The notes under the pieces are model-generated. The model did not search any database and had not been told where the DNA came from. It worked only from the letters and a program-made list of their open reading frames with translations. Both the position numbers and the translations under genes were made by a program. From contig DASYTG010000012.1 in the NCBI GenBank assembly GCA_036002525.1, positions 65,766 to 129,765 on the forward strand: a stretch of 64,000 nucleotides of DNA, given 5' to 3'. Below are positions 20,209 through 33,537 of the stretch, piece by piece. This stretch comes from Candidatus Limnocylindrales bacterium (GTDB taxonomy: Bacteria > Chloroflexota > Limnocylindria > Limnocylindrales > CSP1-4). The first letter of the stretch is position 1. Each line of letters begins with the position of its first letter.

Positions 20209-21369
20209 TCACCACTCTGCTCTCGTCTGGCGGATATTGATGCTCTGAATGATCCCGAGGCCGATGGCGAGGCTGACGAGCGACGCGCCGCCGTGGGTCA
20301 CAAACGGCAACGGGATCCCGGTGATCGGCATGATCCCGACCACCATCCCGACGTTCACCGCCAGCTGGAACAGGATCATCGACGCGATCCCACAACAAAA
20401 GAGCGTACCGAACGGATCGGGCGACCGCCAGCCGGCGACGAGGACGCGCCAGATGAGCGCGACGAAGAGGGTGAAGAGGACGATCGCGCCGATGAAGCCG
20501 AGCTCCTCGGCGAGGACCGCAAACACGAAGTCCGTCGTCTGGACCGGGAGGAAGTCGAGGCCGTTCTGGGCGGAATTCGTCAATCCCTTGCCCATCCAGC
20601 CGCCGGATCCGACCGCGATCTGCGCCTGGTGGAGCTGGTAGCCCGCTCCCTGGAGGTCCGGCGTCGTGTTGAGGAACGACGTCAGGCGCTCCTTCTGGTA
20701 GTCGCGCAGGAGATTGTTCCAGGCGAACGGAAGGAGAGCGACGACCGTGGCGGCGAGCGCCCCGAGCCACTTGAGGCTGGCGCCCGACATGAAAAGCATC
20801 CCGGCCGTGATCGCCGCGAAGACCAGGGACGTCCCGAGGTCGGGCTGCATCATCACGAGCACCCACGGAGGCGCGACGAGGACGCAGGCGCCGACGATCG
20901 ACCACAGCGAATTGAGGCGGCCCGCCCTCGACCCGAGATAGCTCGCCAGGACGACGATCATGAGGACCTTCGCCAGCTCGCTGAACTGGAAGACGAACGG
21001 GCCGATTGTCACCCAGCGCGACGCCCCGCTCACGCCGTCGCCGACCGCAAGAGTCAGCCCGAGGAGGCCCAGCTGGACGAAGTAGAGCGGCCAGGCAAAC
21101 GTCTTGAGCCACTTGTAGTCGAACGCCGTGGCCACGACAAACGCCACGAGGGCAATGCCGGCCCACATGAGTCCGCGCATGAACGTCGATCCCGCCTCGA
21201 AGAGCGGGCGACCGGCATCGACGCTGTTGCTGTAGGCCATCACGACGCCGAGCGCGGCAAGGAGCACGGCGTAGGTCATCAACTGGAGATCGAATCGGCG
21301 CCAGACCGCTTCGGCCGAGCGCGTCGCCCAGTGGCTGAAGCGCGCCGGCTCCGCGCGCATCACGCCCAT
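20209..21369 (-). CDS. rodA: Rod shape-determining protein RodA (SEDS family peptidoglycan glycosyltransferase)
   Basis: 386 aa with FtsW/RodA/SpoVE family motifs (PSELAKV, GSGGWMGKG, TDFVFAVLAEELGFIG). Immediately downstream of mrdA. Confidence 0.88.
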   Translation of the reverse strand: MGVMRAEPARFSHWATRSAEAVWRRFDLQLMTYAVLLAALGVVMAYSNSVDAGRPLFEAGSTFMRGLMWAGIALVAFVVATAFDYKWLKTFAWPLYFVQLGLLGLTLAVGDGVSGASRWVTIGPFVFQFSELAKVLMIVVLASYLGSRAGRLNSLWSIVGACVLVAPPWVLVMMQPDLGTSLVFAAITAGMLFMSGASLKWLGALAATVVALLPFAWNNLLRDYQKERLTSFLNTTPDLQGAGYQLHQAQIAVGSGGWMGKGLTNSAQNGLDFLPVQTTDFVFAVLAEELGFIGAIVLFTLFVALIWRVLVAGWRSPDPFGTLFCCGIASMILFQLAVNVGMVVGIMPITGIPLPFVTHGGASLVSLAIGLGIIQSINIRQTRAEW

Positions 21370-21421
21370 GCGACGGCCGCCGGTGAGTCGGGTCCTGGCT
21401 CGTGGTCGATCGCCTGGTTCA

Positions 21422-23347
21422 TCAGTTGCTCTGGTAGAAGTTGCCGCGCTCGAGGAGGCGATGGTTTCGGAAGTCCTTCTTGATCCCGAAGTGGAGCTGG
21501 AAGTAGTACTTCACGATCTCGGTCGCTGCGTTGCCCTTCGTCCTCGAGTCGTAGGCGAAGGCGAGGACGATCAGCTCGGAATCGGTGCGCCCGATGGCCT
21601 TGAGGCCTTTCGGGTCGTCAGGGTGCTTCAGGGGGTCCTTCGGAACGAAGGCGACGAACCATGAGTGGAACGGCAGGCGGCCCCTCCGATCCCGAATCCC
21701 GAACTCGGCGGTACCCGATTTCCCCGCCATGACGATCGGCAAATCGACGAGGTTGTACGTGTGTCGGATCAGCTGCACGTTCCGGGCTGCCTCGCGCATG
21801 TCCTTGAGAACGCTCTTCGGCGCCTCCAGCTCACGGATGAGCTTGGGCTCGAAAGGACGCACGATCGTGCCGTCCGGGGCGACGATCTCGCGGACGACCT
21901 GGGGCTGGTAGAGCTTCCCGCCGTTCGCGAGGGCGGCGTAGGCGTTGATCAGCTGGATCGGCGTCACCACGTCATAGCCCTGTCCGATGCCGGCCTGATA
22001 CACCTCGCCTGGGTAGATCGGCTCGCCCATGGCGTCGAGCTTCCACTGGTTCGTCGGCACGATCCCGGTCACCTCGTTTGGCAGATCGATGCCCGTCCTC
22101 GCGCCGAACCCGTACTGCTTCGCCCAATAGCCAAGGCGATCGATGCCAAGCATGCGAGCCAGCTGGAAGAAGTACGTATCGCTCGAGTGCCCAAAGCCGC
22201 AGTCCAGGTTGCACGCTCCCCAGCCCCTCTTGTTCCAGTCATAGAAACGAGTGCTGCCCAGGGTCAGATATGAGGCCGTGCGGAGCTTCGTCGACGCGTT
22301 GATCTTCCCGTCGGATAGCGCGCCAGTGCCCGCCACGAGCTTGTACGTCGACCCAGGCGGGTAGTGGCCGTTGATCGCGTGGTTCAGCAGGGGCTTGTCA
22401 GGATTGAGGAGGAGCTCTCTATACTCGGCGTTGCTGATTCCGCCGCTGAAGTCGTTGTCGTCGTAGGTCGGCAGGCTTACCATCGCGAGGACCTCGCCTG
22501 TCTGCGGGTTCATCACGATGACGACTCCACGCTTGAGCCCCGCGGCCTCCATCCCCCACTTCAGCGCTTTCTCGGCGTGCTGCTGCTCCTTGACGTCGAT
22601 GGTCAGACGGAGGGAGCGGCCGGCCTCGGCTTCGCGGACGGTCTGGAGCACCTGCAGCTTGCGGCCGGTCGCGTCGCGCTCGACACTCTCCGCACCGTAG
22701 ACGCCACGAAGGTCGGTTTCGTAGATCGCCTCGACGCCGGCCTTGCCGATCAGGTCGTCGGGCAGATAGCCCTCCTTCTTCAGCGCGGTGATCTGGTCGG
22801 GCCCGACCGGACCTGTGTACCCGAGGAGCTGGCTGACGAGCGGACCGTCGAGGTACTCGCGGCGAGCCTCGACGACGATCTCGACGCCAGGGAGATCGAG
22901 GCGCGATTCCGAGATCAGGTCGGCCGTCGCCCGGGGGACATCCTGGGCGACACGGACCAGATCGAACCTGGATCCGGGGTTTGCGTCGATTGCGGCGATG
23001 ATGGCCGACGGTTCCATCCCGATCAGGCCTGACAGGCGGTTCACGACCTCGGTGCGCCTTGACAACGGCAGGTCCGCTGGGCGGATCTTCACGGCGAAGG
23101 ACGGAACGTTCCGTACGAGAGCCTTGCCGTCCCGGTCGTAGATCAGGCCCCGGGACGCGACGACAGGCTGGAGGACTGTTCGATTCCGCTGGGCGAGACT
23201 TGCGTACTCGGCCCCGTTCGCGATCTGGAGGTAGAAGAGGCGAACCGTGAGTCCGCCGATCGCGATGACGACGACCAGCCCGAAAGCCACGAAGCGCATG
23301 ACCCGGCGATCCCGCTCGGGCCGGCCGTCGACATACACGGTCGTCAC
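21422..23347 (-). CDS. mrdA: Penicillin-binding protein 2 (peptidoglycan D,D-transpeptidase)
   Basis: 641 aa. N-terminal TM anchor and PBP dimerisation domain. Transpeptidase motifs STYK (PPGSTYKLV), SGG/SxN and KSGTA. Confidence 0.9.
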   Translation of the reverse strand: MTTVYVDGRPERDRRVMRFVAFGLVVVIAIGGLTVRLFYLQIANGAEYASLAQRNRTVLQPVVASRGLIYDRDGKALVRNVPSFAVKIRPADLPLSRRTEVVNRLSGLIGMEPSAIIAAIDANPGSRFDLVRVAQDVPRATADLISESRLDLPGVEIVVEARREYLDGPLVSQLLGYTGPVGPDQITALKKEGYLPDDLIGKAGVEAIYETDLRGVYGAESVERDATGRKLQVLQTVREAEAGRSLRLTIDVKEQQHAEKALKWGMEAAGLKRGVVIVMNPQTGEVLAMVSLPTYDDNDFSGGISNAEYRELLLNPDKPLLNHAINGHYPPGSTYKLVAGTGALSDGKINASTKLRTASYLTLGSTRFYDWNKRGWGACNLDCGFGHSSDTYFFQLARMLGIDRLGYWAKQYGFGARTGIDLPNEVTGIVPTNQWKLDAMGEPIYPGEVYQAGIGQGYDVVTPIQLINAYAALANGGKLYQPQVVREIVAPDGTIVRPFEPKLIRELEAPKSVLKDMREAARNVQLIRHTYNLVDLPIVMAGKSGTAEFGIRDRRGRLPFHSWFVAFVPKDPLKHPDDPKGLKAIGRTDSELIVLAFAYDSRTKGNAATEIVKYYFQLHFGIKKDFRNHRLLERGNFYQSN

Positions 23348-23844
23348 CAGTCCGCCCGCTCCTGGTCGACGTGGCGGTCCCGGGCCGAGATCGCCAGCGG
23401 GCCGATCAGGGCCGCGATGACTGTGTCGTACAGCACGCCCGGCAGCAACGTGGGAATGACGTCCGGAGCCGGGACCGGCGCACGCAGGGCGCCGTAAACC
23501 AGGAGGAGCAAGAGCGAGTTCACAAAACTGAAGAGAAAGACGAGGGGGACCGGTGCCACCCGCCTGGCGCGCGAGAACAGCGGCGCCACAACTGCGGCGC
23601 CGCCAATGGATACGAGCAGAGCGAACGCGGAAGATCCGATCGGGCGTTGGGCGAAGATGTCAAGCGCGAGTCCACCGGCGAACGCCCAGACCAGTCCATT
23701 CTCAACTCCGGCGGCGACTGTCCATACCACGCCCAGAACCAGCACAAGGTGGGGGTGAGCACCGGCCACCACGAGGTGCGGAACGATGGTCGTTTCCAGC
23801 AGCGCCGCTACCGTCGCGCCGACCGCTGCGAGTAACGAACTCAT
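23344..23844 (-). CDS. mreD: Rod shape-determining protein MreD
   Basis: 166 aa with 5 TM helices, overlapping the mrdA start. Typical mreD position, but no mreB or mreC upstream. Confidence 0.65.
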   Translation of the reverse strand: MSSLLAAVGATVAALLETTIVPHLVVAGAHPHLVLVLGVVWTVAAGVENGLVWAFAGGLALDIFAQRPIGSSAFALLVSIGGAAVVAPLFSRARRVAPVPLVFLFSFVNSLLLLLVYGALRAPVPAPDVIPTLLPGVLYDTVIAALIGPLAISARDRHVDQERADW

Positions 23845-24038
23845 CTAGGCGGTCGATCCTCGGCAAGCTGGCCAGGGTCGCGCGCCCGGAACCTTTCGAG
23901 CACCCGACGACCAGTTGGCGGCAGCTCGAGGCAAGTATCCCACGCCCGAGCACCGCACAGCAATGAGACGCTGGTCCCGGGTAGTCTGGAGCCCTTAGGG
24001 TCAGACAAGTGGAGCGGCACAGACGTTGTGCGATCTGG

Positions 24039-24054
24039 GGTTTCACGTGAAACC
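24039..24054. promoter_or_regulatory. parS centromere-like site (perfect 14-bp palindromic core)
   Basis: GGTTTCACGTGAAACC versus the consensus tGTTTCACGTGAAACa; lies 260 bp upstream of parA. Confidence 0.85.
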
Positions 24055-24080
24055 GCAGCGGATCGGTCCGAGGTCGCCCG

Positions 24081-24096
24081 GGTTTCACGTGGAACC
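24081..24096. promoter_or_regulatory. parS site, one mismatch
   Basis: GGTTTCACGTGGAACC, 42 bp after the first site. Confidence 0.8.
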
Positions 24097-24312
24097 TCCA
24101 CAAGCCCTCCCGCCCTCCTCGAGCCGGGTCGCGGTCATCCCAGGGGCCCGATCGAGCCGATCCCGGGGGCCAATTCGGCCGATAAGTCCCCGGCAACCCG
24201 CAGAAGAGGGCCACGGGGCATGATGGCCCCTGGCGGCCGTGCCGCCACATGAGCCGAATCGCTTCGGATGGTAGAATTCTCGATCGTGAAGGCGTGTCGG
24301 ACGGGTCGCTGA

Positions 24313-25112
24313 GTGGGTCAAACGATCGCCTGCGCGAACCAGAAAGGCGGTGTTGGAAAGACCACGACGGTGGTCAATCTCGCAACCTATCTGGCGCGCG
24401 CGGGTGAGCGGGTCCTCGTCATCGACCTCGACCCTCAGGGAAATGCCACGAGCGGCTTTGGTGTCGATCGTGGAACCCTCGATCGGTCCGTCTACGAGGC
24501 GGTCGTCGACGCCATCGCGTTGGCTGACCTCATCGTCGAGACAGGCGCCGAGGGCGTTCGCCTGATCCCATCCTCGATCGCCCTCGCGGGGGCGGAAGTC
24601 GAGCTCGCGCCACTCGAGCAACGCGAACGACGCCTCGCCCGACTCGTCGCCTCGATCGCCCCGGATTACGATTACGTGCTGATCGACTGCCCGCCGTCCC
24701 TCGGGTTGCTCACCGTCAACGCCCTCACCGCCGCCGATTCCGTCCTGATCCCGATGCAGTGCGAGTACTACGCCCTGGAAGGACTCACCCAGCTGATCGC
24801 CACGATCCACCTCGTCCGCGAGCACCTCAACCCAGCCCTCGAGATCAAGGGGGTCCTCCTCACGATGTACGACGCCCGAACGAATCTGTCGGCGGAGGTC
24901 GCCGCCGAAGTGCGACGCCACCTCAACAAGACCGTCTTCGAGACCGTCATCCCGCGAACAGTGCGGCTATCCGAGGCGCCGAGCTATGGGTTGCCCATTG
25001 CCCTCTACCGGCCCGACTCCCGCGGCGCCGAGGCCTATCGCCAGCTCTCGGAGGAGGTCCGTCGGCGCGACGGTCGCTCCGACACGTCCGCCTCGGTCCA
25101 GGCGGTACCCGC

Positions 25113-25116
<4 letters not shown>
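24313..25116 (+). CDS. parA: Chromosome partitioning ATPase ParA/Soj
   Basis: Deviant Walker A (ANQKGGVGKTTT); similarity to ParA throughout. Confidence 0.92.
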
Positions 25117-28522
<3,406 letters not shown>

Positions 28523-28526
<4 letters not shown>

Positions 28527-29500
28527 CGCCTGCGCCCCCCAACCCGCTCGCGCCCACAACCGCCCGGGCCGTCGCGTTCGTCGCGGCGCGGCGGGCAGGC
28601 GCCGAGGAACTCGGCCTTCACCTCGCGGGCCTGGTCAACGATCCGGACGACTTCGTGTCCGAGCTGAAGCGCGGTCTCGCCGGCCTCTCCGACCCCGAGT
28701 ACGTCGCCGGCCAGCAGTTCGTCGCACCGGGCATCGGCGAAGTGCTGGGCGTCCGCTGGCCTCTTCTCGCTGCCGTGTCGAGGACGTTCCGGCACGCGAC
28801 GAGACGCGACTCGCCGACGCCCCTCCTGTTCATCGCCGAGCGGCTATTCCGGGAGTCACCGCTCGAGATCCGCTGGTTCGCGTTCGGTCTCCTCGAACGG
28901 CTCCTCCCGGCCGAGCCGGAGCGCGCCTGGCAGCTCCTCCGCCGCGGTGCCCGCGAGGCCGGCGACTGGATCACCGTCGACACCCTCGCCCACCCGTACG
29001 GACGCGGGATCATCCTCGAGCCGTATCGCTGGGCCGAGCTCGAGCAGCTCGTGTTCTCCCCGTCTCGCTGGGAACGCCGGCTGGTGGGATCGACGATCGC
29101 CACGACACCCTTCATCGACCGCCGCGGCGGCCGCCAGCCGAAGATCGCAACGCGCGGCCTCGCCCTCCTCGGTGAGCTGATCGGCGACGCCGAGCCGGAC
29201 GTCCAGAAGGCGCTCGCCTGGGCGCTGCGATCGCTGGTCCTCGTCGACGCGCCGGCGGTCGAGTCGTTCTGCCGGCGCGAGGCAGCCACGGCTCGGGACA
29301 CCGGCGACGGCCATCGGGCGTGGGTCGTCCGCGACGTCCTCACCAAGCTCGATCCCGGGGCGGCCGCGGCCCTGCGCGACGTTCTCGCCGGCGTCCGCCG
29401 CCGGCCGGGCGCACCATCCACGTCGCGAGCCGCCCGCACCGCCGAGCGGTTCTCGACGATGGAGCTGGGCGGACCGCTGCCCGAGCCGCCGCTGACATGA
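28523..29500 (+). CDS. DNA alkylation repair protein (AlkC/AlkD-like HEAT-repeat glycosylase family)
   Basis: 325 aa with patterns typical of the DNA alkylation repair enzyme family ([48 protein letters not shown]). Confidence 0.6.
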
Positions 29501-29540
29501 CCACAGCACGCCGCGGCGCCGCCGCGAGGAGAGAGAATCC

Positions 29541-32105
29541 GTGACCGACGACCTGGGCGACATCCGAGCGATCCGCATCGAGGACGAGATGCGGGTGAGC
29601 TACCTCGACTACGCGATGAGCGTGATCGTGGCTCGCGCGTTGCCGGACGTCCGCGACGGCCTCAAGCCGGTTCACCGCCGGATCCTCTACACGATGGGCG
29701 AGATGGGCCTGTCGGCCACGAGCTCCTTCCGCAAGTGCGCGGCGATCGTCGGCGAAGTCATGGGGAAGTACCACCCTCATGGCGACGTCGCCCTGTACGA
29801 CGCCCTCGTCCGCCTGGCCCAGGACTTCTCGATGCGCTATCCGCTCGTCGACGGGCAGGGGAACTTCGGCAGCGTCGACGGCGACAGCGCGGCGGCCATG
29901 CGGTACACGGAAGCGCGGCTGACCGGAATCGCCGCCGAGATGCTGGCCGACATCGACAAGGAGACCGTCGACTTCACCGACAACTACGATGGCACCCAGA
30001 AGGAGCCGACGGTCCTGCCGGCCAAGCTCCCGAACCTCCTGATTAACGGCTCGTCCGGGATCGCCGTCGGAATGGCGACGAACATCCCGCCCCACCACCT
30101 CGGCGAGATCTGCGATGCGACCGTCGCCCTGATCGACGACCCGCAGATCACCTCCGACGACCTGTGCCAGTTCGTCAACGGTCCGGACTTCCCGACCGGG
30201 GGGACGATCTACCGATTCGAGCAGCAGCGAAACCTCGTGACCGGCGAGAGCGAGACGGTCGATGCGATCCGCCAGATGTATGCCCACGGCCGTGGCCGGG
30301 TCGTGATGCGGGCCCAGGTGGCGTTCGAGGAGATCCGTGGCGATCGGATGGCGATCATCGTCACGGAGCTGCCCTACCAGGTGAACAAGGCCGCCTTGCT
30401 CGAGAAGATGGCCGACCTCGTCAAGGACAAGCGAATCGAGGGGATCGCCGACCTCCGCGACGAGTCGGACCGGGACGGGATGCGGATCTATATCGAGATC
30501 AAGCGCGACGCGAACCCGCACAAGGTCCTGAACAACCTCTTCAAGCACACCCCGCTCCAGATGGCGTTCAACATGAACATGCTGGCGCTCGTCGACGGGC
30601 AGCCCCAGACGCTGCCGCTGAAGTCGGTCCTCCAGCACTACGTCGACCATCGCCGGGAGATCGTCCGGCGCCGGACGGAGTTCGACCTCGGCAAGGCGCG
30701 GGCCCGGGCCCACATCCTCGAAGGCCTGAAGATCGCCCTCGACAACCTCGACGCGGTGATCAAGACCATCCGGGAATCGGCCGACGTCGACGTCGCCCGG
30801 ACGAACCTCATGACCGGGTTCGCCCTCTCGGAGCTCCAGGCCCAGGCGATCCTCGACATGCGCCTCGCCCGGCTGGCCGCCCTCGAGCGCAAGAAGATCG
30901 AAGACGAGTACCTACAGGTCATCCAGCTCATCGCCGAGCTCGAGGACATCCTCGCCAACCCCTCTCGCGTGCTGCGGATCATCAAGGACGAGCTCACCGA
31001 GCTGAAGCGGAAGTACGCCGGCGAGCGACGAACCCGGGTGGCCGACGACTCGAGCCGCGAGATGACCGACGAGGACCTCATCGCCGACGAGGACGTGGTC
31101 GTCACGATCAGCGGCCGGGGCTACGTCAAGCGCCAGCCGGTCGCGACCTACCGACGCCAGCACCGCGGCGGGAAGGGGATCATCGGCCACGTCACCCGCG
31201 AGGAAGACGCGGTGGAGCACCTCCTCGTCGCAAACACCCATGACTGGGCGCTGTTCTTCACGAACCGCGGCCGCGTCTTCAGCGCCAAGGTCCACATGAT
31301 CCCGGACGCCAGCCGCCAGGCGAAGGGGATTCCGATCATCAACCTGCCCGGAGTCCAGGTCGAAGCGGGCGAGGTCCCGATGGCCACGATCACCCTGCGG
31401 GACTTCACGGCCGGCAGCTACCTCGTCCTCGCGACCCGCCGCGGGATCGTCAAGAAGACGCCCCTCGAGCAGTTCGAGCGCGTTCGGTCCACCGGAATCC
31501 GGGCGATCACGATCGACGAGAAGGACGAGCTCGCCTGGGTCGACGTCTCGACGGGCGTCGACGACGTGATCATGACCACGGCCCAGGGGAAGATCGCCCG
31601 GTTCGCCGAGTCCGAGGTCCGGCCGATGGGCCGCGAAGCCGCCGGGGTGATCGGCATTCGGCTGGCTCGGAAGGGTGACGGCGTCGTCCGGATGCGGGTC
31701 GTCCAACCCGCCGCGGACCTTCTCGTCCTGACCGAGACCGGCTATGGCAAGCGGGTGGCGATGTCCGAGTTCCGCCGCAAGCACCGTGGCGGCCAGGGGG
31801 TCCAGCTGATCTCCCTCGAAGGTCGCAAGACCGGTAACGTGGCCGCGGTCCAACAGGTGACCGAGGAGGACGAGGAGCTCCTCCTGATCTCGGCCGGCGG
31901 CCAGGTGATCCGAACAGACACGAACTCCATCAACCGCTACTCCCCGGGGGCCCGCGGCGTGATCGTCATGCGCCTCGCCGACGGCGACCGGGTCGTCGGC
32001 ATCGCGGCGTTCCGGCCCGGGCTGGCAGAGCGGGGGAGCATCGGCGACAATGGCGATCCCGACGGCGGGTCGGGCGACGGACCGGGCCCCGGTTCGGGTG
32101 CCTGA
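29541..32105 (+). CDS. gyrA: DNA gyrase subunit A
   Basis: 854 aa. N-terminal PVHRRILY...HPHGD, the catalytic Tyr region ([10 protein letters not shown]), GyrA-box beta-pinwheel repeats and an acidic Gly-rich tail. Confidence 0.95.
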   Translation: MTDDLGDIRAIRIEDEMRVSYLDYAMSVIVARALPDVRDGLKPVHRRILYTMGEMGLSATSSFRKCAAIVGEVMGKYHPHGDVALYDALVRLAQDFSMRYPLVDGQGNFGSVDGDSAAAMRYTEARLTGIAAEMLADIDKETVDFTDNYDGTQKEPTVLPAKLPNLLINGSSGIAVGMATNIPPHHLGEICDATVALIDDPQITSDDLCQFVNGPDFPTGGTIYRFEQQRNLVTGESETVDAIRQMYAHGRGRVVMRAQVAFEEIRGDRMAIIVTELPYQVNKAALLEKMADLVKDKRIEGIADLRDESDRDGMRIYIEIKRDANPHKVLNNLFKHTPLQMAFNMNMLALVDGQPQTLPLKSVLQHYVDHRREIVRRRTEFDLGKARARAHILEGLKIALDNLDAVIKTIRESADVDVARTNLMTGFALSELQAQAILDMRLARLAALERKKIEDEYLQVIQLIAELEDILANPSRVLRIIKDELTELKRKYAGERRTRVADDSSREMTDEDLIADEDVVVTISGRGYVKRQPVATYRRQHRGGKGIIGHVTREEDAVEHLLVANTHDWALFFTNRGRVFSAKVHMIPDASRQAKGIPIINLPGVQVEAGEVPMATITLRDFTAGSYLVLATRRGIVKKTPLEQFERVRSTGIRAITIDEKDELAWVDVSTGVDDVIMTTAQGKIARFAESEVRPMGREAAGVIGIRLARKGDGVVRMRVVQPAADLLVLTETGYGKRVAMSEFRRKHRGGQGVQLISLEGRKTGNVAAVQQVTEEDEELLLISAGGQVIRTDTNSINRYSPGARGVIVMRLADGDRVVGIAAFRPGLAERGSIGDNGDPDGGSGDGPGPGSGA

Positions 32106-32112
32106 GCCAGCC

Positions 32113-33231
32113 GTGACCACGTTCGGCGAGCGGGAGGCCACGGTGCACGCAGACCAGTTCGAGGTCTACGCCGGCAACGCGAACCCGGATCTCGCCCGGA
32201 AGATCTCCCGCTATCTCGACACCGAGCTCGGGAAGATCGAGGTCTTCCAGTTCGCCAACGAGAACATCTTCGTCAAGATCCTCGACAACGTCCGCGAGAA
32301 GGACGTCTTCCTCATCCAGCCGACCAGCCACCCCGTCAACCAGTCGATCATGGAGCTCCTGATCATGATCGACGCGTTCAAGCGGGCGAGCGCCGGCCGG
32401 ATCACGGCGGTCGTCCCGTTCTACGCCTACGGCCGATCGGACAAGAAGGACCAGCCCCGCGTCCCGATCACCGCCCGCCTGATCGCCGACATGATCACCG
32501 TCGCCGGCGCCGACCGGGTCCTGACGATGGACCTCCACCAGGGCCAGATCCAGGGCTTCTTCAACATCCCGGTCGACGAGCTGACGGCCGTCCACATCCT
32601 GTCGAACTATTTCAAGGACAAGCACCTCGAGGAGCTCGTCGTCGTCACCGACCTTGGCTTCGCCAAGCGCGCCCGGGCCTTCGCCGAGCTCCTCGACGCG
32701 CCGCTCGCGATCATCGAGAAGCGGCGGATCGGCAACCTCGACCGAGCCGAGCTGATGAACGTCATCGGCGACGTCCGCGGCAAGCGGGCGGTCATCGTCG
32801 ACGACGAGATCGACACGGCCGGCACGCTGACCGAGATCGTCCGGGCCCTCCAGCGCGAGAACGTGTCGGAGATCTATGCCTGCGCGACTCACGGCGTCCT
32901 GAGTGGCCCGGCCGTCGAGCTCGTCCGCGATTCGCCGCTCATCGAGGTCGTCCTGACCGACTCGATCCCCCTGCCGCCCCACAAGCGGATCCCGAAAATC
33001 AAGACCATCTCGGTCGCGCCGCTCTTCGGCGAGGCGATCAAGCGGATTCACCGGGGCGAATCGGTCGGTGCGCTGTTCTCGAGCGAGGTGGCCTTGACCC
33101 AGGAGATGCTTCTCTGGGAGGACGGGGTTTCTCGCAAGCTCGACCTCCGCAACGAGCCCGACCACGCGGCCGGCGACGGCGATCCGCCGAAGGCCGCGCT
33201 CGCCTCAGCGGCGAAGCCGGCGAAGCGATGA
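32113..33231 (+). CDS. prs: Ribose-phosphate pyrophosphokinase
   Basis: PRPP synthetase motifs (DLHQGQIQGFF, VIVDDEIDTAGTL). GTG start 8 nt after the gyrA stop. About 50 aa of C-terminal extension relative to a typical Prs. Confidence 0.85.
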   Translation: MTTFGEREATVHADQFEVYAGNANPDLARKISRYLDTELGKIEVFQFANENIFVKILDNVREKDVFLIQPTSHPVNQSIMELLIMIDAFKRASAGRITAVVPFYAYGRSDKKDQPRVPITARLIADMITVAGADRVLTMDLHQGQIQGFFNIPVDELTAVHILSNYFKDKHLEELVVVTDLGFAKRARAFAELLDAPLAIIEKRRIGNLDRAELMNVIGDVRGKRAVIVDDEIDTAGTLTEIVRALQRENVSEIYACATHGVLSGPAVELVRDSPLIEVVLTDSIPLPPHKRIPKIKTISVAPLFGEAIKRIHRGESVGALFSSEVALTQEMLLWEDGVSRKLDLRNEPDHAAGDGDPPKAALASAAKPAKR

Positions 33232-33479
33232 CCCTCCAGCAGCATCGGCCCGACGGCCGGGGCGGCCTCGAGCCGCGCCGACTCGCGGACCGGGACTGGC
33301 ACCGCCACCTCCGCTCGCCGCGCTGGGGTGCGTCGCTCGGCCGACGCCGGCTGCCACAGCTCGACAACGCCGAGATGAACCCCACGTCGACGCGGATGGC
33401 GGTGGCCTTCTGGCTGGGGCTGGCCGCGACGACGTTCGTCGTCTTGGTGCTGGGTTACGGAACGGGGTTCTGGGGCTAG
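33228..33479 (+). CDS. Hypothetical small membrane protein
   Basis: 83 aa with one C-terminal TM helix. Overlaps the prs stop (ATGA). Weak support. Confidence 0.25.
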   Translation: MTLQQHRPDGRGGLEPRRLADRDWHRHLRSPRWGASLGRRRLPQLDNAEMNPTSTRMAVAFWLGLAATTFVVLVLGYGTGFWG

Positions 33480-33537
33480 CCGCTGATCAGGCCCGACGAT
33501 CGGGCCCCGGCGCGACCCGTCCTATACTTTCCCGGCC

